A stretch of 62,871 bases of DNA, filler included, from Pirum gemmata (taxonomy: Eukaryota): the NCBI GenBank assembly GCA_002812295.1. It is 23 parts of 23 records of this genome, joined end to end, with 100 filler letters (N's around TTAATTAATTAA, not from the genome) between each part and the next. Parts side by side here need not be neighbours in the genome. Positions count along the whole stretch, not along the records: positions 38,499 to 40,894 come from PDIN01006647.1; positions 40,995 to 43,390 come from PDIN01006648.1; positions 43,491 to 45,858 come from PDIN01006649.1; positions 45,959 to 49,199 come from PDIN01006651.1; positions 49,300 to 52,379 come from PDIN01006652.1; positions 52,480 to 54,609 come from PDIN01006653.1; 17 more parts are not named here. One strand, written 5' to 3'. The notes beneath the pieces are model-generated. The model ran no database searches and was not told the origin of the DNA. It saw only the letters and a list, made by a program, of their open reading frames with translations. This document shows, piece after piece, positions 40,762-53,322 of this stretch. How positions within the stretch are numbered: position 1 is the first letter of the stretch; the number at the start of each line of letters is the position of its first letter. The position numbers and the translations under genes are program-made.

Positions 40762-41418
40762 ATTGATATGAAAGGGCGTTGGGAAGAAAACTTGTATTAA
40801 AAACCCTAACCCTGCGGAATCCGGGGAAAAATGTGCTAGAAAGTTATCTATCAATGACGATTTTAATGAAAAAAACATTTGTTTCGGAAGTCAANNNNNN
40901 NNNNNNNNNNNNNNNNNNNNNNNNNNNNNNNNNNNNNNTTAATTAATTAANNNNNNNNNNNNNNNNNNNNNNNNNNNNNNNNNNNNNNNNNNNNTCATTT
41001 GTTAATTAATTATCACAATTAGTTATAATATAAATAGTTAACGTCATACCTAGTTATTATTAGTTATTACTATTATTACTATTATATATTAGTGTTTCAA
41101 CGTTGGAGTATTTACATATATATATAAACACCCTGTTCTAAACCTTCTAATCTGGGTCTATACATGGTATATGTGTTACTAAATTTGCAACACATGTTCT
41201 TAAATTAGTCTACATGTTGCTAAACATAGTCGTCACTATCCGTTTATCAGCTAATCACTGCGTTCCTTTAAGTCACGTGACTTTCATATTATTTTGTGTT
41301 ATTTTTTTATATTTTTTTTTATTATTTGTTATTGTGTGTCTTAACCACTAGCTTGCTCTAATTAAATACATATAAATTTCAGCTAATAATAATGCTTTAT
41401 TTTTGATTTATCCTACAT

Positions 41419-41721
41419 TATCCTACATTATACCATACATTATTTTTAATCTACCATACATAATTAGCTTCATACCCTACATCATTTATTGCTTACCATA
41501 CATTGGTTAATTCTACCATACATTTTTGTTATTTTACATGTAATCTACTTGCCTTTGTTTGACTTTCTTATTATCCTACATTATACCATACATTATTTTT
41601 AATCTACCATACATAATTAGCTTCATACCCTACATCATTTATTTCTTACCATACATTGGTTAATTCTACCATACATTTTTGTTATTTTACATATAATCTA
41701 CTTGCCTTTGTTTGACTTTCT
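41419..41721. repeat. ~152-bp tandem duplication built from TACCATACAT motifs
   Basis: Two near-identical units at 41419 and 41571, each with several TACC(A/C)TACAT motifs. Confidence 0.85.
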
Positions 41722-42161
41722 TGCTCTTAAGTTCCCTCTTTCATATTCTTAGTTTCGCTTTTGTTTTTTTACATACTCGTTTTTTTATCCAATAAATATT
41801 ACTTTCTACAGAAAAATTTATTTTATTTTATTTTTTTTTTTTGAAATTTTTATTTATAATATTTCTAATGCTTATAATTCATCTTCTACTCTTACTCTAC
41901 CCTCAATCTGCTCTTACTCTACTCCCCCTATCTGGCTCTTAGTCTGCTCATAGTCTATCTACCTACCCACCCCCCCCTCCCTAGTCTGCTCCTACTCACC
42001 TACCTACCTACCTACCTACCCTATAGAATAAAGAATTTATTTTAATTTTATTTATAATATTTTAATTTTATTTATTTATAACACTTGTATTTTTTTTAAA
42101 AAAAAAAAAAAAACCTTATTTTTTTAAAAGCTTGAGCGTTGCTTTGGCATATACAAACCCA

Positions 42162-43256
42162 TTATGCTAATTTGTTTAAACTCATACATTCATTACTACA
42201 AAAATTACTTTTTCTATAATGTAATACTTTACATCGTTTACACTTTCTTTTACTCTTTGTTGGTACCCTTAAAGGAGGAATTCCTCCATAGCTTAAGTTA
42301 AGTGGCATCCTCATGGTTGGTTCGCTTGAAGTACTTGCTTCAAATTGTTTATCATAATTATAAATTGCTAATTTACATGATAAACATGTTTCATTTTCTT
42401 CCTTTTCTACGCATGTTTCGTGTGCGAATCCTTTGCATACATCACAACGTTCTTCTAGATTAGTATTAAGAGTTGCACAATCACAGTCAGTATTGCAACA
42501 TTTACTTAAGTTAGGTTTAACTATATTTAATCTACCTAGCTTATCTACATATCTTTCGGTAATATCATGTTCTTCATTGCAAGTTAGACAATAACCCTCA
42601 TCATTAACGCACTCATGATGCATTAAATCGCCACAATTTTCACACATGATATAACTATATTGATCATCAATATATATTTTTCGTCTACAAAAACATCTAG
42701 CAAAGAAAGTATTACTTTCAGGTCGTACAGGTGATGGTATGTATAATGCATAGGTGTAATCGACCCGTCTTTTGTTTGATAACATTGATCTGGTAATTGC
42801 TTGTTCTTGTTCTTGTTCTTGTTCTTGTTCTTGTTCTTGTTCTTGTTCTTGTTCTTGTTCTTGTTCTTGTTGTTGTTGTTGTTGTTGGGTTAGGTGTATT
42901 TCATTATTAATATCAATACCATTATCCTTATAGTACTGTTTTTTTTTCACTTCTTTTGATTTATTCTTAGCCTTATTTATTATTTCACTTACAGTAACAG
43001 TAGATCTATAACCTTCATCTTCTGAATTTATTAATAATGTTATATTTGGTAGTAGGTCATCAACCTTAAAACTGAAATCATGGGAAGCTGGGTGTCCAAT
43101 GATGTCTGGTTTTTGATGTTTAATTTGGGTAATTAAACTATCAAACCGTACAGCTGTATCCAATAATGATTTATACGAGATACCAACTAAACCCATTATA
43201 CCATTTATTTCTTTAATTTTGGCGAAAATCTCAAGTCCAAACATTTTGGATAACAT
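42162..43256 (-). CDS. Protein with two PHD-like fingers (5'-truncated, possibly transposon-encoded)
   Basis: CFC..CENC..HHEC..CLTC and C..CDVC..HETC..CLSC (C4HC3 pattern) plus a C-terminal CxxC..CSxxC. The frame stays open upstream to ~43315. Confidence 0.75.
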   Translation of the reverse strand: MLSKMFGLEIFAKIKEINGIMGLVGISYKSLLDTAVRFDSLITQIKHQKPDIIGHPASHDFSFKVDDLLPNITLLINSEDEGYRSTVTVSEIINKAKNKSKEVKKKQYYKDNGIDINNEIHLTQQQQQQQEQEQEQEQEQEQEQEQEQEQEQAITRSMLSNKRRVDYTYALYIPSPVRPESNTFFARCFCRRKIYIDDQYSYIMCENCGDLMHHECVNDEGYCLTCNEEHDITERYVDKLGRLNIVKPNLSKCCNTDCDCATLNTNLEERCDVCKGFAHETCVEKEENETCLSCKLAIYNYDKQFEASTSSEPTMRMPLNLSYGGIPPLRVPTKSKRKCKRCKVLHYRKSNFCSNECMSLNKLA

Positions 43257-43496
43257 ATAATAAAAACAACATGCATTAGCGCGTTCTAGATTGCTTTTGT
43301 CTAATTTATTTTTAATATATATATATGGAACCAGATGTGGGTCTTTCGGTCCTTGACCTATATATATATAGGTATAATTATTATAATTGTNNNNNNNNNN
43401 NNNNNNNNNNNNNNNNNNNNNNNNNNNNNNNNNNTTAATTAATTAANNNNNNNNNNNNNNNNNNNNNNNNNNNNNNNNNNNNNNNNNNNNAATAAA

Positions 43497-43528
<32 letters not shown>

Positions 43529-44518
43529 TAAAAAGCCAAGGACTTCAAGGGCTTCAAAAAAAAAAGACTTGAAAAAGTATTCGTTCATTTCGAGACGGCT
43601 TGATAAAGAGCATAACGAACTTGTTGATACTTTTACTGATTAAAAGTTTATTTTAATAATTCTAAGTATGAATTTTATTTTAATAAGCTGTTAATAATAT
43701 TATTGAAAGTGGGGATTATAGTTTAATTGTTAATAAAATATACATTGAAAAACGCAAAAGTTTTATTAATTTTAATTAAGTAAGGGTTGCATTTAAATTG
43801 TTATAATTACTACATAATATTAATATTGAAAGTGGTATTTTAGGTAAGTTGCCAATATATTAATTAAAAAAAACGTAAATTTTATTTATTCCAAGTAAGT
43901 GTTATATTCAAATTGAAAGTGGTGATTTTAGTATTGTCGAAAGTTTGAAAGTGATCCGAAAAAAAACTCTAACGAAAAACTTTAGCGAAAAACTTTAGAA
44001 ATACCAGTTAGAAATGTTGGAACTTTGAGTGAACTTTGTTAGGATTAAAAGGGAGCAGTAAGTAGGTAGTAGTAGGGCACATACTAGTAGGGCACATACT
44101 AGTAGGACAGGAAGAAGAAATTGAAGAAGACCACATAAAGCAAATAAAAGGAAAAGAAAGGGGAATAAAGAAAAGTAAACGAAAATAAATAAAGAAAATA
44201 CTTTTCAGTAATGGTTTTATTTAACTATAAGTAACTGTTATTGGATTTTAGTTGTTGAAAAAACGAAAATTTTAAAGTTTAATTAAAATTCCAAGTAATT
44301 TATTTTAAGTGTTACTATATCGAAAGTAGGGATTATAATTTTAAGATAATATTATTACTAACTTTGAAAGTAACAATATTTTTGGAAAAAGTATAAAAGG
44401 AGATAAAGTAAACGGTTTGTGAAGAGACCAAGGCACTAACAACATCAAGTATCAAGTCGAAACGGGTGAAAAGGGTATGTTAATTAAAAAGCTCTACAAA
44501 AATGAGTTTTTATAACAA

Positions 44519-44682
44519 TGGTTTTATAGTGGTTTTATCGTGTTTTTCAATAGTGTTGCTCATTTCAAAAGCTGAAATAAATATACCAAATTATTATTAT
44601 GGTTAAACTATCAGCCAAGTTTTAATTAATTTTGTATTTTATACTTAATGATTGAGACGACTACTGTAATGAAATAAACGAT
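44519..44682 (+). mobile_element. MITE family B, internally deleted
   Basis: AT-CGTGTTTTTCA...TGAAATAAACG-AT. Confidence 0.75.
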
Positions 44683-44947
44683 AGAGTCTACCTAGGTGTT
44701 TTTATGATGCAGTTTTTGTAAAGTAAACTCTATTACTACTAGCTAGCTGGTATCAAATAAAATAGTTTTAATTTTTTTATGATAATAATATAATCCTAAC
44801 CGTAACTAACAGCTACCCTAACCCTAACCCTAATAACCCTCACCCTAACCCTAACCCTAACCCTAGCTAGCTAGCTAGCTAGCTACTACTAACTAGCTAG
44901 ATATAATTATTATTATTATTATTATGATATAATATCATACTATGATA

Positions 44948-44968
44948 CAAGGACTTCAAAAGTCCTTG
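44948..44968. mobile_element. 21-bp TIR-only micro-element, P-like termini
   Basis: CAAGGACTTCAAAAGTCCTTG flanked by perfect TATGATA direct repeats. Confidence 0.7.
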
Positions 44969-45706
44969 TATGATAATATATTATGATACATGCCAGTGAT
45001 ACATGCATACTCTACACTATCGTAGCAGTATCGATAGCTGATAGCTACCAGGTGTCTGACCAGGTTGTAGGTCTAGCTACTAGCTACTACTAGCTAGCTA
45101 GTCATAAGTCAAAAAATCATTTTCCTTTGTCCGTTACCTTAGCCTTCACTTAGCTAGGTCTACTCTACTCGATTAGTAACAAGCTAGCTCTAGCTAGCTA
45201 GAGTAGAGATCATAGCTATCTACTGGGTATCTAAATCTACTATAGCTACTAGCTAGCTAGTAGAGCTCTCTAGCTAGCTAGCTCTCTATGACGTAAGTTT
45301 TTTGTATACGTAATTAAAATGACGTAAAAGTGACGTAGAATTATATGACGTAATACTGTCAATAATACGTAATAAAAGTTAGTGGGGTATTTTAGTGGTA
45401 TAGACTAATAGTAGACATCGGTCCACTACATTTTATGATAGACTTTTTTTATTTTAGAGGGGTTAGCCTTGTAAAAAATGAGCAAAATGAAAATCCTTAT
45501 CAGCTCGATAGTGAATTATATATTATATTTTATTTTTCGATCTTTATTATGAAAAGTGATGATGGCCGACCAATAAGTCAACAAATATTATTCTCGAAAC
45601 TATGAATGAACTCAAAAATTTTATCGAGCTCGGCTCTGATTATCAAATTTTTATCATCCTGTAGATTTATACCTTTAGATAATATTATTATGATAATATA
45701 TCATTA

Positions 45707-45851
45707 GGGAACGTTCAAATACTACGTAACGCCAATTTCCGGTCAAATACAGCTTCAAATACCCATACCTACCCACCCCTCGACGTTAATTTCCGGTCAA
45801 ATACCACCTACCTACCTACCCCTTGACGTGACGTATTATTTGAATGCTCCC
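45707..45851 (+). mobile_element. Harbinger-like MITE family G
   Basis: TIR GGGA(A/G)C(G/A)TTCAAATA.TACGT.ACG; TTA TSD. Confidence 0.85.
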
Positions 45852-46381
45852 TTATAATNNNNNNNNNNNNNNNNNNNNNNNNNNNNNNNNNNNNNNNNNN
45901 NNTTAATTAATTAANNNNNNNNNNNNNNNNNNNNNNNNNNNNNNNNNNNNNNNNNNNNTAAATTGACATTTTTAAATCAATACATATATAATAAAATATA
46001 CCAAAATTAAAGTAAATGGATTTCTATTGTATTAATTTGGTCCTATGTATTTATTGTATATTTTTTCATGGCAAAACAACTGAAAACCCTTTCAATGGTA
46101 ACGATTATATTAATTATAATAATTATAATGTTTATGGAATTCTTAAAATTATTAAACTTAAAACAATAACGCACCGGTATTAATACCTGTATTAAATTTT
46201 AATACCAATACAATAATAAGAATTACATCCGTGACCCTACTACTACTACAACAACAACCACAACAATAACAATGATATTAATAACTGCAATAATAGAAAA
46301 AAACAAAAAAAAACACAAACAAACAACAAAAAAAGCAATAACAAATTAAAAAGTGTCAGATTATATATTATATGATAATAT

Positions 46382-46563
46382 AGTGCTTTTCAGTTGTTTT
46401 GTCGTCATAAAACAAATAATAAATAATACCAAATTAATACAATATAAATCCATTTAACTTAATTTGGTATATTTTATTATATATTAATTGATTTAAAAAT
46501 GTCAATTTAAATATTATAACCCTCCAAATAAATGTTCAAAGTGACAAAATAATGAAAAACACG
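46382..46563 (+). mobile_element. MITE family A
   Basis: Both TIRs present, AT flanks. Confidence 0.85.
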
Positions 46564-47686
46564 ATTATATTATATAATCCGAAAGACCCAAATCTGGTAT
46601 AATATTAAATAGCTGGATAAAACTGTAGAAATCTTTTTTTTTTAGACTTCTTTTCATACCAAGTAGCCAAATATCTTTTAAAATCTAGCCATTGGTTCAT
46701 AATAGAGTTTTCCTAGTTAGANNNNNNNNNNNNNNNNNNNNNNNNNNNNNNNNNNNNNNNNNNNNNNNNNNNNNNNNNNNNNNNNNNNNNNNNNNNNNNN
46801 NNNNNNNNNNNNNNNNNNNNNNNNNNNNNNNNNNNNNNNNNNNNNNNNNNNNNNNNNNNNNNNNNNNNNNNNNNNNNNNNNNNNNNNNNNNNNNNNNNNN
46901 NNNNNNNNNNNNNNNNNNNNNNNNNNNNNNNNNNNNNNNNNNNNNNNNNNNNNNNNNNTTTTTAGCTTTAATGGGATCGATCAATTGCTATTATGAATGA
47001 AAAAAAAAAAATATATGTAAGACTTGCTCATTAATATCTCTAGTCCACAGTTAAGAAATGTCTAACTTTTTTTTTTTTTTCTAAAATCAAACTTTCACCT
47101 TTTGATGTTCAAAAGTTTCAAATCTATTAAATTACTTATGTTTGACTAATTTATTAGTGTCCAACTTTTTTTTTTTTCTTACTATGATATCATAATTAAA
47201 AAATTCTCACCTTTTTCTTTATGTTTGAAATTCTCAAACTTATTAAGTTACTTACGTTCGAAAATTTTTAATTAGTTTAGAAAGTTAGGCATTTCTTGAC
47301 TATTTGTACCATTTATAATTGTGAACCAAGTTTGGATTTTTGAAATTACAAAACTACCATAAATGTAATTTAGAAACTTTTCTAAAGTCCAGCGGTATCA
47401 TATAGTGCAAACAATTTCCACAACTTTTTTATGTTCGAAAATTTCAAAATTATTAAATATTATTACCCTACTTATGTTTGATCGAAAACTGAAAATTATA
47501 GTGAAACCCAAAAGTTGGGCGTTTTTATATTATTTGCACTATTCTATATATAGAGACAACTCAGCCTGAGCCGTGTCTTTGGGTGGATTCTGGAATCCAA
47601 ATCAAAATTTGCCAAAATTTGCAGGTGATTTAGGCTTCTTATTGGATTATATTTCAATTAATTAGTAATTAAAATATAGAGATTGG

Positions 47687-47864
47687 AGTGGGGAGAGATG
47701 ACGTCATTTTATTATTACCGAACAGCTGCGATTTTATGGTTTTTCATCATTATATTTACTATTTTAAGTTACTTAACTGCTATTATTAGTAAAAAACACG
47801 GAACTAAGGTTGACTCGATAAGCATCTGTTCGAAAAAAGTTTTAGTAGATATCTCACCCCTACT
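47687..47864. mobile_element. MITE family C, internally deleted
   Basis: Perfect TSD GAGATTGG. Confidence 0.88.
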
Positions 47865-48322
47865 GAGATTGGTCTGCACATTGTGGATTGTAGTATCTAA
47901 TTACAGCCAATGAAATCATAATAATAACCAAAATATTATTTCCATTGGTTTAAAATACGATCGAAATTAACCAAATATGTTCAGTATTCTACTAGTAGAA
48001 ACTATAAATGGCTAGATTTAGGAGGGGTGAGCACCCCCTTTGCGAACATTTTTAAAAAAGGGCGAGGGGTGAAGTGGAAGGCTATTCGCCACTTCGCAGT
48101 TACCATGAATAGTATTTATATAGTTATAAATAGTAGCTACTATTTAGAAGCTTCTATTAATAGTAGCTATTATACTATTTAAAGTAATTTTAATCACAAA
48201 AATTTCATTTTGGCGAACTTTTGGTACCAGAGCCTTCAATTAGTAAAATGACGTCATCTCATCCCTCCTCTAGATTTCCTGTGCTAAAAAGGGTTAGGGT
48301 TAATAGGGTTAGGGTTAGGGTT

Positions 48323-48464
48323 GGAGCGTTAAAATAATACGTCACGTCAAGGGGTAGGTAGGTAGGCAGTATTTTACCGGAAATTAATGTCAAGGGGTAG
48401 GTAAGGTAGGGGTACTTGAAGCTGTACTTTGGAAATTGTCGTTACGTAGTATTTGAACGCTCCC
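48323..48464 (-). mobile_element. Family G MITE inserted in a TTAGGG array
   Basis: Reverse complement of 45707-45851, flanked by (TTAGGG)n. Confidence 0.85.
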
Positions 48465-48947
48465 TTAGGGTTAGGGTTAGGGTTAGGGTTAGGGTTAGGG
48501 TTAGGGTTAGGGTTAGGGTTAGGGTTAGGGGACCAGGGGTAGGGTTAGGGTTAAAAAGATATATAGTAAAAAAACAGTTATTTTCGCCATGAAAAAAAAA
48601 AAATAAAAAAAAAGAGCTGTCTAAATCTAAAAAAGGGAGCTCTCTAGCCCTACAGGCTACTAGAGCACCCTAGCTAGCTAGCTAACTAGTCTATTGGTTA
48701 ATTATTTCATTTTGGATTTTTTACCCCCTTTTATAGTAATAGTAAATACCATAAATAATTAAAAGTCCCACTTTTTTTTTATGATTGAAACTTCCAAACC
48801 TATTTTTTTTAAAAAAAATACCTATTATTATTATATTGTTTATTTTCGAATTATATCATAGTGAAATCCAAAAGTCGGTCGTTTTTAAAAATTATTTGCG
48901 TCATAATAATAGCACTACTAGAGTAGCAATACATATTTTTTTTTAAC

Positions 48948-49179
48948 AACCAAGCCGGGTAAAACTATAGAAATCTTTTTTTTTTTTAGACTTCCTTAAA
49001 AAAATATTAAAACTAGCCAAATTGTTTTTAGAAACTGAGTATTGGTTCATAATAGAGTTTTATTAGTTAAACAATTTCTCAATATTTGGTAGTACTTTTT
49101 TTTTAATTGGATTAATTTGAGATTATTTTGATTTTTGAGCTCATTATGACGGATGTCGCCATTTTTATCCTGCTTGGTA
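48948..49179 (-). mobile_element. MITE family F
   Basis: Reverse complement of 26107-26342. Confidence 0.8.
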
Positions 49180-49999
49180 ATTAAAAAAATAATAATAATN
49201 NNNNNNNNNNNNNNNNNNNNNNNNNNNNNNNNNNNNNNNNNNNTTAATTAATTAANNNNNNNNNNNNNNNNNNNNNNNNNNNNNNNNNNNNNNNNNNNNT
49301 GTTATTGTTATTGTTATTGTTATTGTTATTGTTACTGGTTATTGTTATTATTGTATTGTTATTGTTTATTATAAATATTTTTCATTTTATTTTTTCAGCA
49401 CCTTTTCGTTTACTTTTTGTGATTCCAATTATTTATTTGGTATTTTATAATATTTTACTGACATTTTTTAAATAATAAATAGATATAAAAATATACCCAT
49501 TTAAAAAAAAATATCTTTTTTATAACAATTTAATGCTTTTTATTTTATATTTTGAACAAAATAACTCAAAAGCACCATATTTAGGTCGATTTAGGTCTAG
49601 ACTTTTTATTGAGACTTTTTATTTATTTTTAGACGATCAAATTATTAACTACCCATTTAGGGGGTTTAACTAAAACGTGTCTAAATTAATATTTGAATAT
49701 AATAGATTTTTATTTACAACACCTACCAAAATGTAAAGATAAATATATGGTAAACAATTTTTTTTTAGCCATTTATGGGAGTTTTTCAGTAGGTAGTTTT
49801 CCTAACTAGACTAAGAACTAGACTAGTCTAGGCTCTAGCTAGACTCTAGAGAGCTACTAGCTAGTTACTCTGTCTAGTCTAGCTAGAGTGACTCCTAGCT
49901 AGTCCAGTTAGAGGGTCAGGGTTAGGGTTAGGGTTAGGGTTAGGGTTAGGGTTAGGGTTAGGGTTAGGGTTAGGGTTAGGGTTAAAGTTAGGGTTAAAG

Positions 50000-50035
50000 C
50001 AAGGACTTCAAAAAAAGAAACTTTTGAAGTCCTTG
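50000..50035. mobile_element. 36-bp TIR-only micro-element, P-like termini
   Basis: 14-bp perfect TIR CAAGGACTTCAAAA; perfect TSD GTTAAAG. Confidence 0.75.
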
Positions 50036-50637
50036 GTTAAAGTTAAAGTTAGGGTTAGCGTTAGCGTTAGCGTTAGCGTTAGGGGTTAGGGTTAGGGTTA
50101 GGGTTATTATTACAATGTGGTTTTTAAGTTGGTTTATGTGTATAATCCATGCAAATCATCATTCACAAATTCATCATCATAAAATATACAATACATACCA
50201 AATTATTACAATAAAAATCCAATTAATTTAATTTGGTATATTTTATTATCTACGTATTAACTTAAAAATATCCATTTAAAGATTATAACACTCCAAATAA
50301 ATATTCAAGGTGACAAAATAAATGAAAAGCACCGTACTATATTGACTATCAATATCTAGAAGGTCTAGTTATCATAAATGCAGTTTCAGATATGCAGTTT
50401 ACTAGATATAGTTTTATTCTTTATAGGCTTGTGTTTTCAATTGGAGAGTCTTATATTATTATGATCGTGAACCATTATAATTGGTTTAGCACAAGACTGC
50501 CACAAGTTCCCATTACAGTGAGGTCAGCAAAGATAACCCACCAACCGTACGTACCCCTTCCTGCTTACAAAAAAAAAAAAAACTTGGCAAAGATTATTGT
50601 AAAATCATAGCCCACATAGCAGGTCAGAGCAGTTCAC

Positions 50638-50869
50638 AGTAGGGGTGACATGACGTCATTTTATTATTGCCGAACAGCTGCCAGAACTTTTTCGATTTTT
50701 TAGTTTTATTACTATTAATGTTAATATTATTACTTTAATTGATATCTATTATAATTAGATTTACTATTTTAAGCTATTTAACGGCTATTATTAGTAAAGA
50801 ACACGGAACTAAGGTTGGCTCGATAAGCATCTGTTCGAAAAAAGTTCCAGTAGATATCTCACCCCTACT
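50638..50869. mobile_element. MITE family C
   Basis: Perfect TSD CAGTTCAC. Confidence 0.92.
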
Positions 50870-51415
50870 CAGTTCACTTCACACAGATATAATAACTTAC
50901 ACACTACTAAAAACTGTGGCTGAGAACTATTATATTGATAATTATATCGATATTATTAATATATATTAGTTATCATAAATATAAATATTATATATGTACT
51001 AGTATTGTTATTAAATATTGGGTTAGGGTAAGGATGAGGGCTATGGTTATGGTAATGATTATGGTTAGGGTCAAGGTTTTAAGATTAGGATTAGGATTAG
51101 TTAGGGTTAATTATTAAGGTTAATAGGTTAGATTGGTTAGAATATTATTAGGATTAGGATTTAAAATACAATTAGGATCAGTTATTGTGATATTTATATA
51201 TTATTGTTGTTATTAGGTTAGGAATTCATAATTAGGATGAGGGTTATGGTTATTATTTATAGTTAGGGTTAAGGTTAAGGTTAGGATTATGATTAGGATT
51301 TATTATAATACGGTTAGGATCAGGGTTAATTTGGGGTTAGGGTCAGGGACTGTTAATATTATTGTGATACATATACGTATATATACATTATTAGGGTTAG
51401 GGGTTAGGGTTAGGG

Positions 51416-51457
<42 letters not shown>

Positions 51458-51761
51458 TTTATTGTCATAAAAATTAGGATTTAAAACACCATTATGATAT
51501 ATGATATTGGATCATAGTTAATTAGGGTAGGGACGTTATTGTAATATTTATATCAATACATTATTGCTGTTAGTGGGTTAGGGTTAGGGTTAGGGTTAGG
51601 GATTAGGGTTAGGGTTAGGGATTAGGGTNNNNNNNNNNNNNNNNNNNNNNNNNNNNNNNNNNNNNNNNNNNNNNNNNNNNNNNNNAATAATAATAACCAT
51701 AATAATAACCATAATAATAACAATAACAATAAATAACAACAACAACAACAACCCCCACTTA

Positions 51762-52025
51762 CTTTTGTTGTATTTTTTCCAGTTTAATATTTTTCGCTTT
51801 CAGTTTATCAATTGCTTTCTTTAGTTTTTCTTTTTCAGCTAGAGAACGTATATTTGAAAGTTTATCAACTTCTTGGGCCATTTTATTTTCTAATTCTTCG
51901 TTTATTATTTTTTGTATTTCTGGCTCTAACTTCAAATTGTGATTTGATAAAATTTCGTTTATTTTGTATTGACCCTGTATACTATTCCTTATCATTTCCA
52001 TATATGTATTAGAATTGTACTGGCA
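51762..52025 (-). CDS. Internal exon of a coiled-coil protein
   Basis: Pyrimidine tract-AG acceptor and GTAAGT donor bracket an open K/E-rich frame. Confidence 0.55.
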
Positions 52026-53096
52026 CTAAAGTAAAATTAAGAAAAAAAGATAATTAATATTCATATGTATTTTTGTTTTTGTTTGTTTTTGTTTATTTGT
52101 TTGTGTTTGTGCTTGTGCTTGTGCTGGTGCTGGTGCTGGTGCTGGTGTTTGTGCTGGTGCTGGTGCTGGTGCGTGTGCTTGTACTGGTGCTTGTGTTGAT
52201 CGTTATCTTTCTTTCTGTTGATGTTCTTGTTTGATGTTATTTGCTGTTTTTTGTTTATTTTTGCATGTGGTTTGTTTGCTGCTATTTGCTTTTATTTGCT
52301 GCTGTTGTTTTTTGGTGATGGGGTTGGTGATGTTTTTGTTTTGCTTTTTTGTTCTTGTTCTTGTTCTTGTTCTTGTTCTNNNNNNNNNNNNNNNNNNNNN
52401 NNNNNNNNNNNNNNNNNNNNNNNTTAATTAATTAANNNNNNNNNNNNNNNNNNNNNNNNNNNNNNNNNNNNNNNNNNNNAAAAAAAAATATTTTAAAAAT
52501 TTTGTAAAAAAAAAAAAAATAATAACAAATTGAAAAATAACAAATTGTTTTTTTTTTTTTTACAATTCAAACGTAATAATAATTATAATTCAAACGTAAT
52601 AATTTTATTATGATATGATATATTAACAGCGCCTTTGTATCATCATCACAAAACAACAACAGTAACAATAGCAACATTAGTATATAGAATGGGGGGTTTT
52701 TTTTTATTACTAGACTATGTTTACAAAACATTAAATCGTTTGTTGTTCATTGATTGTTGTTTGTTAATTGTTGTTGGTTAGTTTGCTAGTTTGCTAGTTT
52801 GTTGTTTGTTAGGTTGTTAGTTTGATGTTTGTTGTGTGTTAGCATTGTTTGTTGTTTGTTGTTTGTTGTTTGTTGTTTGTTGTTTGTTGTTTGTTGTTTG
52901 TTGTCTGTTGTTTGTTTGTTTGTTGTTTGTTGTTTGTTGTTTGTTGTTTGTTGTTTGTTGTTTGTTGTTTGTTGTTTAATAATTAGGATCGAGCTATTTG
53001 ATTCGATTATAAATGTTTTACCATAAAAATTTCGAACTTATTTTTAATTAATGAATAGGCTCGAAAGCTCTTTTTTTTTTTATAGGCCCATATACT

Positions 53097-53322
53097 AGGC
53101 TTTTCCCAATTCTGCTCTGTTCAAAAATCGAGATTTCGAGTCTATATATTAATTAATAAGTTTGAAATGTTCAAGCTTATAATTAAGTATTCAAATATAT
53201 TTATTTATTATTAAACCCGAAAAATACGAAAAAAAAAATTTTTTTCGAACGGAGCTGAATTTTGGCTTTTTTTGACAACAGAAATTCGAGTTTTCCGGTT
53301 TGAGCAGAATTGGGAGAGGCCT
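53097..53322 (-). mobile_element. MITE family D, followed by a ~155-bp tandem duplication to ~53620
   Basis: TIRs present; TTGGGAGAGGCCTATCGAGC... recurs at ~53465. Confidence 0.85.
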
